Source: Alphaproteobacteria bacterium
GTDB taxonomy: Bacteria > Pseudomonadota > Alphaproteobacteria > MPNO01 > UBA830
Assembly: GCA_964291215.2 (NCBI GenBank)
Contig: OZ219790.1
Location: forward strand, 1,760,001-1,824,000
Length of the DNA: 64,000 nucleotides
Direction: 5' to 3'
The notes beneath the pieces were generated by a model, which was given only the letters and a program-made list of their open reading frames with translations, was not told the DNA's origin and did no database searches. The translations under genes were made by a program, and so were the position numbers. How positions within the stretch are numbered: position 1 is the stretch's first letter; each line of letters begins with the position of its first letter. Shown in pieces: positions 53,546 through 63,263 of this stretch.

Positions 53546-54586
53546 CTAGAGAACCTCCGCGGCCACGATCCGAAGCGCATCGACCGTGGCGCCGCCGAGC
53601 AGCAGGGCGGTGATCTCGCCGCGCGCCGCGGACTCCTTCCATGCCGCCAGGCGGTCGGCGATGCGCTCAGGCGGGCCGACCAGGGCAACCTCGTCGACGA
53701 GCGCGTCGGGCACTGCCGCCGCCGCGTCGCCGGGGCGGCCGTCGAGGAAGGCGTCCTGGATCGCCAGCGCCGCGTCCTCGTAGCCCATGCGCCTGACAAA
53801 TCTGTTGTAGAAGTTGCGGTCGCGCGATCCCATGCCGCCGACATACAGCGCAAGATGCCTCTTCAGGGGCTCGCGACAGGCATCGAGATCCGGTCCGACG
53901 CTGATCTGAACGAATGGCGCGACCTCGAAGTCCTCGGCGCTCTTGCCGCCCCCGGCAGCGTCGAGCCCCTCGCGGATCGCCGGTGCGAACAGGTCGAAGC
54001 GCCCGGGGCTCATCCAGACCGGAAAGAAGCCATCCGCGATCTCCGCCGCTGTGCGTATGCCTGCCGGGGAGATCGTGCCGGTATATATCTTCAGCCCCGG
54101 GTCGCCATGCAGGATGCTCTTCAACGGCTTTCCGAGGCCTGTCGCATCGTCACCGTCATAGGGGATCCGGTAGTGGCTCCCGTGATGGACCAGGGGCTGC
54201 TCGCGGGCCAGTATCTTTCGCACGATCCCGATATATTCGCGGGTCCGCTCCATCGGCCGCCCGTAGGCCTGCCCGTACCACCCTTCCGCCACCTGCGGTC
54301 CCGACGGCCCGACGCCGAGCATGAAGCGGCCGCCGGAAAGGTTGTGCAACGTCATCGCCGTCATCGCCGCCATCGCCGGCGCCCGCGCCGGCATCTGCAT
54401 GATCGCCGTTCCGACCTTCAGCCTGCTCGTCTGCGCGAGGATCCAGGCCGCAGGCGTGACGGAATCCGAGCCATAGGCTTCCGATGTCCACGCCGATTCG
54501 TAGCCCAGCGCTTCCGCCTCGCGGATCAAGTCCATATCGACGCTAAAACTCTTGCCCGAATACCCGACGGTCAGACCGAGCTTCAT
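53546..54586 (-). CDS. luciferase-like (LLM) oxidoreductase, F420-dependent-like class
   Basis: WTSEAYGSD, SGGRFMLGVGPSGPQVAEGWYG, ALYVGGMG. Confidence 0.85.
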   Translation of the reverse strand: MKLGLTVGYSGKSFSVDMDLIREAEALGYESAWTSEAYGSDSVTPAAWILAQTSRLKVGTAIMQMPARAPAMAAMTAMTLHNLSGGRFMLGVGPSGPQVAEGWYGQAYGRPMERTREYIGIVRKILAREQPLVHHGSHYRIPYDGDDATGLGKPLKSILHGDPGLKIYTGTISPAGIRTAAEIADGFFPVWMSPGRFDLFAPAIREGLDAAGGGKSAEDFEVAPFVQISVGPDLDACREPLKRHLALYVGGMGSRDRNFYNRFVRRMGYEDAALAIQDAFLDGRPGDAAAAVPDALVDEVALVGPPERIADRLAAWKESAARGEITALLLGGATVDALRIVAAEVL

Positions 54587-54737
54587 GGCTGCGTTCCCCT
54601 TATCGTTCCGGAAGGCTCATCGCACCGGTCCTTACGCCGGAAACGGCGTCATGTCCATCTGTACCGGCGGCCCGCCCCGGCAACCTCCCGGCGCCGGCCG
54701 GAGTGGCAGAGGCCCGGCCGATATGGGACAAGAGGCG

Positions 54738-55490
54738 ATGGAACACGATGCGATCGAACTTGCAGTGATCGCCGCCATCTTCCTGCTCGCCGGTGGGATC
54801 AAGGGCGCGATCGGGCTCGGTCTGCCGACGGTGTCGATGGGGCTGATGGGCGCGTGGCTGCCGGCAGCCGAGGCGGCAGCGCTCCTCGTGCTGCCGGCCT
54901 TCCTTACCAATGTCTGGCAGATGCTCGACGGTCCCCACCTGGCGCGGTGCTGGCGCCGGCTGTGGCCGATGATCGTCACGCTGGCGGTATTCGCGGTCAT
55001 CGGCACGACGGTCATCACAGGAGCGAGAAACGCGCTGACGCTGAGCCTGCTCGGCCTCATGCTGATCGTCTTCGGAGTCCTCAGCCTCCGTGGCACCCGC
55101 TTCAGGGTCCGCAGCAGCCGCGAGCCGGCGCTCGGCCTCGCGGTCGGGACCAGCACCGGCCTGATCACCGGAGCCACGGCAGTGTTCGTGATCCCGTCCG
55201 TCCTCTACATCCAGGCGCTTGAGTTCGACAAGACGGAGTTCACCCAGGCCATCGCCCTGACGGCGTTGACAGCGACCGTCGGCCTCGCCGCCGGCCTCGG
55301 CCTCCACGGGCATTTCGCCGTCGTCGACATCGCGCTTCCCGGCGTCTGCGCAACGCTGACGGCCTTCGCCGGCATGGCCGGCGGTCAGGCAATGCGGCGG
55401 CGCGTGCCCGTCGAGACCTTCCGCCGCTGGGTTCTCTGCGGCCTGATCGCGCTCGGGGCGGCGATGATCCTGCGCGCCGCCGCATCGTGA
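54738..55490 (+). CDS. TauE/SafE sulfite-exporter family protein
   Basis: AGGIKGAIGLGLPTV, TNVWQ, GLITGATA. Confidence 0.82.
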   Translation: MEHDAIELAVIAAIFLLAGGIKGAIGLGLPTVSMGLMGAWLPAAEAAALLVLPAFLTNVWQMLDGPHLARCWRRLWPMIVTLAVFAVIGTTVITGARNALTLSLLGLMLIVFGVLSLRGTRFRVRSSREPALGLAVGTSTGLITGATAVFVIPSVLYIQALEFDKTEFTQAIALTALTATVGLAAGLGLHGHFAVVDIALPGVCATLTAFAGMAGGQAMRRRVPVETFRRWVLCGLIALGAAMILRAAAS

Positions 55491-55591
55491 AACGGCGCCG
55501 GAAGGCGGGGCGGGCGCATCTCGACTCCCGCATCCCTTCGGGGCACGATGGGCTGGAAGATCCGCAAATCCACAGCTTCGGAGGAACCGTC

Positions 55592-57106
55592 GTGGCAGGC
55601 AGCAACACAGGGCTTGGAGACTTCGTCCTCGCCGAAGCCACCTTCGCCGACATTCACGCGGCCTATGCCAGCGGCGCCTTGAGCGCGCGCAGGCTGGTCG
55701 AGGCCTACCTGGAACGAATCGAGGCCTACGACCGCAACGGCCCGAAGATCAATTCGCTTGTCTGCGTCAACCCGAAGGCGCTCGAGGAGGCCGACCGCCT
55801 GGACGCCGCGCTTGCTGCTTCGGGCCCCGTCGGCCCGCTTCACGGCATCCCGCTGGTGATGAAGGACCAAGGTGACGTCCTCGAAATGCCGACCACGATG
55901 GGCTCGGTGCTGTTCCGCGGCCACATGCCGGAGAGAGATTGCTTCATCGCTGCCAAGCTCCGGCGCGCCGGCGCCATCTTCATCGGCAAGGCAACGCTCG
56001 GTGAGATGGGCGCCGGCGACACGCACGGCTCGCTGTTCGGCTCGACGCGCAACGTCTACGACCTTGCGCGCACCGCCGGCGGCTCATCGGGCGGGTCAGG
56101 CGCCGCCGCTTCCGCCAACCTGACCGCGGCCGCCATCGGGCAGGAGGGCTTCGCCTCGATCAGGCGTCCCTCGACCTGGAACGGCGTCGCCGGCATGCGG
56201 CCGACCGCCGGCCTCGTCAGCCGCGGCGGCGTCTATGCCGGATGGCCATCGATCAACGGCTCTCTCGGCCCGATGACGCGCCGCGTGGCCGATCTCGCGC
56301 GCCTCCTCGACAGCATGGTTGGATTCGATCCCGACGACCCGTTGACAGGGCGCGGCGCCGGCCGGCTTCCGGCAAGCTGCCACGCGCTGCTGGAAGGCGA
56401 GGCTGCCCGGAACGCCCTCGATGGTGCCCGCATCGGCATCCTTCGCGAACCGATGGGCTATGCGAGCGAACCCGATTCCGACGATTTCGCAAAGGTCGAC
56501 GCCGTGTTCTGCCGGGCGGTCAGCGAGCTCGCCGATGCCGGAGCCGATCTCGTCGACCCGCTGGTCATCCCCGGCCTCAACGACCTCCTCGCCCAGCGCG
56601 CCGGCGATGTCGAGGCCGAGGACGAGGCGTTCCGAATCTACGCCACGGGAAGCGCCGGAAGCCCGTTCGCGTCCCGGCAGGAAGCGATGGCCTCGCCGCT
56701 CTATGCCGAGACCTTCCAGGGCGTCCGCCGCCGCTGGGAAGACCGGCCGTCCGCCGAAGCTCACGGCCGCTACCTGAAGGCGCGGGACAGCCTGATGACC
56801 ACGCTGCTGGCGAAGATGGCGGAGCACCGGCTCGACGCCGTCGTCCACAAGTCGGTCGAGCACCAGCCCACGCTCATCGAACACGGGGTCAATCCGCCGT
56901 GGGTCGACCAGAAGGGCGCACCGCACATCAACACCTTCCTCGTGTTCGTGCCCTCGATCGTGGTTCCGGCGGGTTTCACCGACGACGGGCTGCCGGCCGG
57001 CATCACCTTTCTCGGCCGGCCCTATTCGGATGCCGGCATGCTGTGCCTCGCTCACGCCTACGAACAGGCGACAGGGCACCGCAGGGCACCGCAATGCGCG
57101 CCATGA
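55592..57106 (+). CDS. amidase signature family protein
   Basis: GPLHGIPLVMKD, GGSSGGSG, ASIRRP; GGAGG RBS before GTG 55592. Confidence 0.88.
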   Translation: MAGSNTGLGDFVLAEATFADIHAAYASGALSARRLVEAYLERIEAYDRNGPKINSLVCVNPKALEEADRLDAALAASGPVGPLHGIPLVMKDQGDVLEMPTTMGSVLFRGHMPERDCFIAAKLRRAGAIFIGKATLGEMGAGDTHGSLFGSTRNVYDLARTAGGSSGGSGAAASANLTAAAIGQEGFASIRRPSTWNGVAGMRPTAGLVSRGGVYAGWPSINGSLGPMTRRVADLARLLDSMVGFDPDDPLTGRGAGRLPASCHALLEGEAARNALDGARIGILREPMGYASEPDSDDFAKVDAVFCRAVSELADAGADLVDPLVIPGLNDLLAQRAGDVEAEDEAFRIYATGSAGSPFASRQEAMASPLYAETFQGVRRRWEDRPSAEAHGRYLKARDSLMTTLLAKMAEHRLDAVVHKSVEHQPTLIEHGVNPPWVDQKGAPHINTFLVFVPSIVVPAGFTDDGLPAGITFLGRPYSDAGMLCLAHAYEQATGHRRAPQCAP

Positions 57107-57204
57107 CGGCGCGCCGGCCGCGATTCACGGCGCCCGGCGGTGCATCGCGGGGGATTTGCTGCTAGCCTCCGCCCGGGAACGGGCCGACAACGAGGGAGGA
57201 CCAG

Positions 57205-58512
57205 ATGCCACGGGATGCGACAGACAGCACGGTTTCCGGCGGGGCCATCGACGATCTCGATCCCTGCTACAGTTGGGACCGGGCGATTCCGGCTCCCGGC
57301 CACTCGGGGGTGGATTTCGAGCAGCGCGTGGATTTTGGCCGGCTGCACCGTTACCGACTGGCGCACGCGCACGAGGCGCTTCGCGATTCGCATCTCGGTT
57401 CGCTCCTCTGCTTCGACAACAACAACATCCGCTACCTGACCTCAACCGTCATCGGCGAATGGTCGCGCGACAAGATGTGCCGCTACGCGCTGCTCGCCGG
57501 CGACGACCAGCCGCATCTGTGGGACTTCGGATCGGCAGCGGCGCATCACCGCCTGCATGCGCCGTGGCTGCCGGTCGACCACTGCCACGCCGGCATGCTG
57601 GGGCTGCGGGGCACGGTACCGCCGGATGCCGGTCTGATGAAACGGGCGGCAGCGGAGATCGCCGCCATGCTGGCCGATGCCGGCGTCGCCGGCATGCCCG
57701 TGGGCGTCGATTTCTGCGAGCCGCCGATGATGCTTGCCCTTCAGGACGAGGGGCTGACGGTGGTCGACGGCCAGCAGGTCATGCTCGATGCGCGCGAGAT
57801 CAAGAACATCGACGAGATCACGCTTCTCAACCAGGCCGCCGCGATGGTCGACGCCGTCTACCAGATGATCGGCGAGGAGCTGAAACCCGGCGTCCGCGAG
57901 AACGACATCGTCGCCAGGGCCAACCAGATGCTCTACGAGATGGGATCGGATGATGTCGAGGCCATAAACGCGATCTCGGGCGAACGCTGCTGCCCGCATC
58001 CGCACAACTTCACCGACCGCCTCGTGCGTCCCGGCGACCAGGCGTTCTTCGACATTCTCCACTCCTACTCGGGCTACCGCACCTGCTACTACCGCACGTT
58101 CAATGTCGGCCGCGCCACGCCCGTGCAGGAGGATGCCTACAAGCAGTGTCGCGAATGGCTTGATGCTGCTATAGAGCTCGTGCGCCCCGGAGTCTCCACG
58201 GCAGAAATCGCGTCGGTCTGGCCGCGGGCCGAGGAGTTCGGCTTTGCCAACGAGATGGAAGCCTTCGCCCTCCAGTTCGGGCACGGCCTCGGCGTGGCGC
58301 TTCACGAACGCCCGATAATCTCCCGCCTGTGCTCGCTCGACGATCCAAAGGAGATCCGCGAAGGCATGGTCTTCGCCCTTGAGACCTACTGTCCGGCGAA
58401 GGACGGCTTCTCGGCGGCACGGATCGAGGAGGAGATGATCGTGACGCCCGACGGCGCCCGCGTCATCAGCCTCTATCCGGCCGAGGATCTGCCAATCTCC
58501 AACCGGTACTGA
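57205..58512 (+). CDS. M24 (Xaa-Pro peptidase/creatinase-fold) family protein
   Basis: NIRYLT, AREIK, GYRTCYYRT, GHGLG, ALET, RIEE. Confidence 0.85.
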   Translation: MPRDATDSTVSGGAIDDLDPCYSWDRAIPAPGHSGVDFEQRVDFGRLHRYRLAHAHEALRDSHLGSLLCFDNNNIRYLTSTVIGEWSRDKMCRYALLAGDDQPHLWDFGSAAAHHRLHAPWLPVDHCHAGMLGLRGTVPPDAGLMKRAAAEIAAMLADAGVAGMPVGVDFCEPPMMLALQDEGLTVVDGQQVMLDAREIKNIDEITLLNQAAAMVDAVYQMIGEELKPGVRENDIVARANQMLYEMGSDDVEAINAISGERCCPHPHNFTDRLVRPGDQAFFDILHSYSGYRTCYYRTFNVGRATPVQEDAYKQCREWLDAAIELVRPGVSTAEIASVWPRAEEFGFANEMEAFALQFGHGLGVALHERPIISRLCSLDDPKEIREGMVFALETYCPAKDGFSAARIEEEMIVTPDGARVISLYPAEDLPISNRY

Positions 58513-58539
58513 CGGGCTGCGGCACCGGGAGCCCGGCTC

Positions 58540-59625
58540 ATGGCAGGACGTTCCGGCACGCATGGCGGCGGCGCGGATGTGGAACGCGCCGGTTCAGCAA
58601 ACCCGGCGACCACCGCCGCGCCCGGGCAAGACGCCGCCAACGACGACATCGGCGAAGCGGTGCGCCTCGCCCTGTGGCGCTCGCAGCTCGAGATACGTCA
58701 CCTTGAGCAGCGCGCCCACGACCTCTACCTGCGCAACCTGATAAGCGGCACCAGCCACCTCGCGCTCGGGCACGAAGCCGTCGCCGCGGGCTTCGCGACC
58801 GCGATGCGGCCAGATGACTGGACCTTCTGCACCTACCGCGGCCATCACCATACGCTTGCGCGTGGGGCTGCGATGGAGGGCATCCTCGGCGAGCTCATGG
58901 GCCGCGAATGCGGGCTCCTCCAGGGCAAGGGCGGCTCGATGCATCTCACCTCGGTCGAGCACGGCGCCATGGGCTCCTACGCAATCATCGGCGCCCACCT
59001 CCCGATCGCGGTGGGTGCCGCGTGGACGGCCCAATACAGGAACACCGGCCAGGCCGCCGTCTGCTTCTTCGGCGACGGGACCACCAATATCGGCGCCTTC
59101 CACGAGGCTCTCAATCTGGCGGCGGTCTGGAAGCTGCCAGCGGTCTTCGTGTGCGAGAACAATCTCTACATGGAATATACGCCAATCGCCGACGTGACCG
59201 CTGTCGAGCACCCGGCGGCCGGCCGCGCCGCCGCCTACGGCCTGGAGAGAATCGTCATCGACGGCAACGACGCCGACATCGTCTACCGCGAGGCCGGCCG
59301 CGCGCTCGACCTGGCGCGCAACGGTGGCGGCCCGTCCCTGATCGAGTGCATGACCTACCGCCACGCCGGCCACAGCCGCAGCGACCCGGCGAAGTACCGG
59401 CCGCCCGGAGAACTCGAGAAATGGCTCAAGCGCGATCCGCTGAAGCGCTACCGGATCCGGCTCACCGAGTTCGGAATCGGCGATCAGGTGATCGACACCG
59501 TCGAGCGCGAAGTGGCGGCCGCGGTCGAGGAGGCCACCCGGACCGCAGAGGCCTCGCCACCGCCGGCCGAGGGGCTGATCGTGACGGACGTCTGGGCCGA
59601 CGGGAGCTCGGCATGGCGAAACTGA
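58540..59625 (+). CDS. TPP-dependent dehydrogenase E1 alpha subunit (AcoA/PdhA-like)
   Basis: TYRGH, GKGGSMH, FFGDG..N, ENN, TYRHAGHS. Confidence 0.9.
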   Translation: MAGRSGTHGGGADVERAGSANPATTAAPGQDAANDDIGEAVRLALWRSQLEIRHLEQRAHDLYLRNLISGTSHLALGHEAVAAGFATAMRPDDWTFCTYRGHHHTLARGAAMEGILGELMGRECGLLQGKGGSMHLTSVEHGAMGSYAIIGAHLPIAVGAAWTAQYRNTGQAAVCFFGDGTTNIGAFHEALNLAAVWKLPAVFVCENNLYMEYTPIADVTAVEHPAAGRAAAYGLERIVIDGNDADIVYREAGRALDLARNGGGPSLIECMTYRHAGHSRSDPAKYRPPGELEKWLKRDPLKRYRIRLTEFGIGDQVIDTVEREVAAAVEEATRTAEASPPPAEGLIVTDVWADGSSAWRN

Positions 59626-60590
59626 CCTATCGCAGCGCGGTCGCCGCCGCCATCGCGCAGGAGATGCGCCGCGACGATAGCGTCGTCTTCCTCGGCGAGG
59701 ACATCGGAGCCGCCGGCGGCGTGTTCAAGGCGACCGAGGGGCTGTTCGCGGAGTTCGGACCGTTGCGGGTGCGCGACACGCCGATTTCCGAGCAGGCGAT
59801 TCTCGGCGCCGCAATGGGCGCGGCAATGACCGGCCTGCGGCCGATCGCCGAGATCATGTTCTCCGACTTCCTCGCCGTGTGCTGGGACATCGTCGCCAAC
59901 GAGATAGCCAAGACCCGCTACATGACCGGTGGCCAGATCTCGATGCCGCTTGTCGTTCGCACCGCCAACGGCGGCGGCGGCCGCTTCGGCGCGCAGCATT
60001 CGCAGTCGGTGGAGAACTGGGCGATGATGGTTCCGGGCCTGAAGGTGGTCGCCCCGTCTTCGCCCGCGGACGTCAAGGGGCTGCTGGCCGCGGCCATCCG
60101 CGACCCCGACCCGGTGATCTTCTTCGAGCAGAAGTCGCTCTACGGCGCCACCGGGGAGGTCCCGGACGGCGAGCACGTGGATGCGCTGGGCACCGCGAGG
60201 GTCCTGCGCCAGGGCGGCGACGTCACGGTCTGCGCATTGGCCGCCATGGTGCCGCGTGCGCTCGACGCGGCCGAGGAGCTGGCCGCGGTCCACGGCATCG
60301 AGGCCACGGTCATCGACCTGCGCTCGCTGGTGCCGCTCGACACAAGAACGGTCCTTTCCGAGGTCGCGAAGACCGGGCGTCTGGTCACGGTCGAGGAAAA
60401 CCCCCGGCTCTGTGGCTGGGGCGCGGAAGTCGCGGCGATCGTGTTCGAGGAAGCTTTCTGGGATCTCGACGCGGCGGCGGTGCGCATCACGACGCCGCAC
60501 GTGCCGTTGCCGTCGGCGCCCGCACTGGAAGACGCGGCAATGCCGTCGGTCGGGCGTATCGCGAAAGAGATCGCCGAGAGCTTCGCCTGA
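59613..60590 (+). CDS. TPP-dependent dehydrogenase E1 beta subunit
   Basis: GEDIG, DTPISE, EIMFSDF, AQHSQS, IDLRSLVPLD. Confidence 0.9.
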   Translation: MAKLTYRSAVAAAIAQEMRRDDSVVFLGEDIGAAGGVFKATEGLFAEFGPLRVRDTPISEQAILGAAMGAAMTGLRPIAEIMFSDFLAVCWDIVANEIAKTRYMTGGQISMPLVVRTANGGGGRFGAQHSQSVENWAMMVPGLKVVAPSSPADVKGLLAAAIRDPDPVIFFEQKSLYGATGEVPDGEHVDALGTARVLRQGGDVTVCALAAMVPRALDAAEELAAVHGIEATVIDLRSLVPLDTRTVLSEVAKTGRLVTVEENPRLCGWGAEVAAIVFEEAFWDLDAAAVRITTPHVPLPSAPALEDAAMPSVGRIAKEIAESFA

Positions 60591-60606
60591 CGCTGCTTCC
60601 GCGCGG

Positions 60607-62016
60607 TCAGTTCAACCCGTCGACATAGTCCTCGAGGCGAATGCGCTCCCAGGCGTCACGAGGCGGACGGATGCGTTCCGCGAAGGGCAGGGTCACCGGC
60701 CGGGTCGCGTCGATGATCAGCTTGGTCTGCATCGGCCCCTTCTCGGTGCGCACCTCGCCGTACGCCGACGGATCAAGATGCGCGCCCATGGCATAAGGAA
60801 TGGTCGTCACTCCCCTGTCCGCCTGCAGATGGGTCGAAATCGCCCACCACATCTCCTGTTCGTTGTAGATGTCGATATCCTCGTCGACGACGACCGCGAT
60901 CTTGAGATTGGGCTCGGCGGCGACCGCCGCTATGCCGGCCGACTTGCCCTCGCCCTGGACGCGCTTCCGGATCGAGATGAACGCCGTGAAGATGCAGGTG
61001 CCGCAGGCCGGCATGTGCACCGCGGTCACCGAGGGCACCAGCTTGGCGACCGAGTTGTATACCGTGCTCTCGTGGCTGAGCACGCCCGCCAGGTTGTGCT
61101 CCCGGTGCGACGGGTCGAGATCGTGATAGATCGCGTCCTTGCGCATGGTGAGCGCGCGCACCTGCATCAGCCCGACCGGATCCTTCCGGGGTCCGTAGAA
61201 GCCGGTATATTCCGAGAACGGCCCGTCGCTGGTCTCGCAGGCCGGGTCGAGCACGCCCTCGATGGCGATCTCGGCCCATGCCGGCACCGGGATATCAACC
61301 GTTTCGGCAGCGACGACCTCGAGCGCCTCGCCCATCAGCGCACCCATGGCGCGGTACTCGTCGCTGTCCATCGACTGTTTCGACAGCGAGCCGAGGATCG
61401 CGGCCGGATGGTGCCCGATGAACAGCACCGCTTCCATGGGCCGCTTGAGTTCGCGGTATTTCCTGTAGATGTAGCCGGCGTGATGGGCGGGGTTGAACAT
61501 GCAGGCGATCTCCTGCGGCCCCTTGATCTCGTGTCGGTAGACGCCGGCGTTGAGGACGCCGGTTTCAGGATCGCGGACCACGAGAACACCGATCGAGATG
61601 TACTTGCCGGAGTTCTTCTCGGCGTGCCTGATCACCGGAATCCGGGAGAGATCAATGTCGCCGCCCTCGATCACCACCTGCTTGACCGGAGCGTCCCCGC
61701 GGCCGACCGTCACGGTATCGATCGGATTGGCGATGCGCTCGCGGAACGTCGACAGGATCGCGCTCTTGGGCTCGTCCGGCTCGACGCCGAGTGCGAGGCC
61801 GAGAAGCTCGTACTTTCCGAACATGTTGGTTACCAGCGGGATGTCGCTGCCGTTGACGTTCTCGAACCTGATGACCGGATACCGGTCGCGCGCAGCGAGC
61901 TTCTGCTGGATGACGCAGGGTTCGTAGACCGGATCCACGGGCCGCGACACCGACGCGAAATAGTCCGGCCCCCTCTGCCGGATCTCCGCAAGAAACTGGT
62001 GAAGGTCCTTATTCAT
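60607..62016 (-). CDS. UbiD-family prFMN-dependent (de)carboxylase
   Basis: NAGVYR, AEIAIEG, DGPFSEYTGFY, VVVDEDIDI, LDPS, KLIIDAT. Confidence 0.9.
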   Translation of the reverse strand: MNKDLHQFLAEIRQRGPDYFASVSRPVDPVYEPCVIQQKLAARDRYPVIRFENVNGSDIPLVTNMFGKYELLGLALGVEPDEPKSAILSTFRERIANPIDTVTVGRGDAPVKQVVIEGGDIDLSRIPVIRHAEKNSGKYISIGVLVVRDPETGVLNAGVYRHEIKGPQEIACMFNPAHHAGYIYRKYRELKRPMEAVLFIGHHPAAILGSLSKQSMDSDEYRAMGALMGEALEVVAAETVDIPVPAWAEIAIEGVLDPACETSDGPFSEYTGFYGPRKDPVGLMQVRALTMRKDAIYHDLDPSHREHNLAGVLSHESTVYNSVAKLVPSVTAVHMPACGTCIFTAFISIRKRVQGEGKSAGIAAVAAEPNLKIAVVVDEDIDIYNEQEMWWAISTHLQADRGVTTIPYAMGAHLDPSAYGEVRTEKGPMQTKLIIDATRPVTLPFAERIRPPRDAWERIRLEDYVDGLN

Positions 62017-62189
62017 GCTCGCTGGCCCCCGCGCCTGGCTCTGTTTCGACGCCGCATTGTCATGGCCCGGTCGCTGTCAAGTCAAGCGCACGGCATCCGT
62101 CCGGGCTGCCGGGACGGGCTTGCCGGCGCACCCGGGATGACGCTATATGCCCTTCGGAGATCTCCGGCTCCCGCATCGGGACATCGCCA

Positions 62190-63263
62190 GTGAACGACAT
62201 CCAACCGCCATCGCAAGTGCCGTCCGCGCCAAGCTGCGGCAGGGTGCCGCGCCCCGTTGAATTCACCGGATTGGCCCGCGAGTATTTCGGTATCTGGATT
62301 GTCAACCTAGCGCTCGGCATCGCCACCGTCGGGGTCTATTCGGCCTGGGCGAAGGTACGGTCCCGGCAGTACTTTCTTGGCCACACCCTCATCCTTGGCG
62401 ACCGCATGGAATATCATGCGAACGGCATCATGATCCTCAAGGGCCGCCTGATCGCCGTGGCGGCGATCGCGGCCTATGCCGGGCTGGGTTTCGTCGAACC
62501 TTGGGCACAACCCGTCGTCCTCGCCGCCCTCGTCCCTCTCTACCCGGTAATCATCAATCACGCCTTGCGGTTCAATGCCCGCATGACGTCCTGGAGAAAC
62601 GTACGCTTCGCCTGGGATGGCAGGTACTGGGGCGTGCTCAAAATCGCCGTTTTCTGGCCCCTTGCCGCCATCCTCACGCTGGGGCTGCTGGTGCCTCGGG
62701 CGGCGCGGGCAAGCCGCGAATATGTCGCTTGCCACCATGCCCTCGGCCAGACCCGATTCGCCGCGGCCACGCGCACCAGGCGCTATTGGGGCGCCTATCT
62801 GCGCGCCATCATGCTCGGAGCCCTGATGAGCATGGTCGGGAGCGTGGTCGCATTTCTGGTCATCTTGGTCCTGCGATCTGCATCTTCGGGCTCCAACATG
62901 GCGGTACCCGCGGTCCAGCTGGTGACCGGGCTGGCCGTCTGGTCCCTTCCGTTCATCTATTTCCGGATCGCCGTGCGCAACATCGCCATCGACGCGCTGA
63001 AACTCGGCGACGCGGCCACCTTTCGCTCGTCGCTCAGCCCGCTCCGCTACACCTGGATCGTCGCCACCAACTTCATCGTCTCGATACTCTCGGCGCTGAT
63101 GATGGTGCCGTGGGCCGCCATCCGCCGCTACCGCTACCAGGCCGGGTGCATCACGGTCACGCCCATGGCGGCCGACGCGACGTTTTCCGACAGCCTCGCC
63201 GGACCGACAGGCGCTGTCGGCGAAGAATACGGCGAGTTCGCCGGCATCGAGATCGGATTGTGA
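62190..63263 (+). CDS. YjgN/DUF898 membrane protein
   Basis: FTGLAREYFGIWIVNLAL..TVGVYSAWAKVR, SWRNVRF. Confidence 0.88.
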   Translation: MNDIQPPSQVPSAPSCGRVPRPVEFTGLAREYFGIWIVNLALGIATVGVYSAWAKVRSRQYFLGHTLILGDRMEYHANGIMILKGRLIAVAAIAAYAGLGFVEPWAQPVVLAALVPLYPVIINHALRFNARMTSWRNVRFAWDGRYWGVLKIAVFWPLAAILTLGLLVPRAARASREYVACHHALGQTRFAAATRTRRYWGAYLRAIMLGALMSMVGSVVAFLVILVLRSASSGSNMAVPAVQLVTGLAVWSLPFIYFRIAVRNIAIDALKLGDAATFRSSLSPLRYTWIVATNFIVSILSALMMVPWAAIRRYRYQAGCITVTPMAADATFSDSLAGPTGAVGEEYGEFAGIEIGL

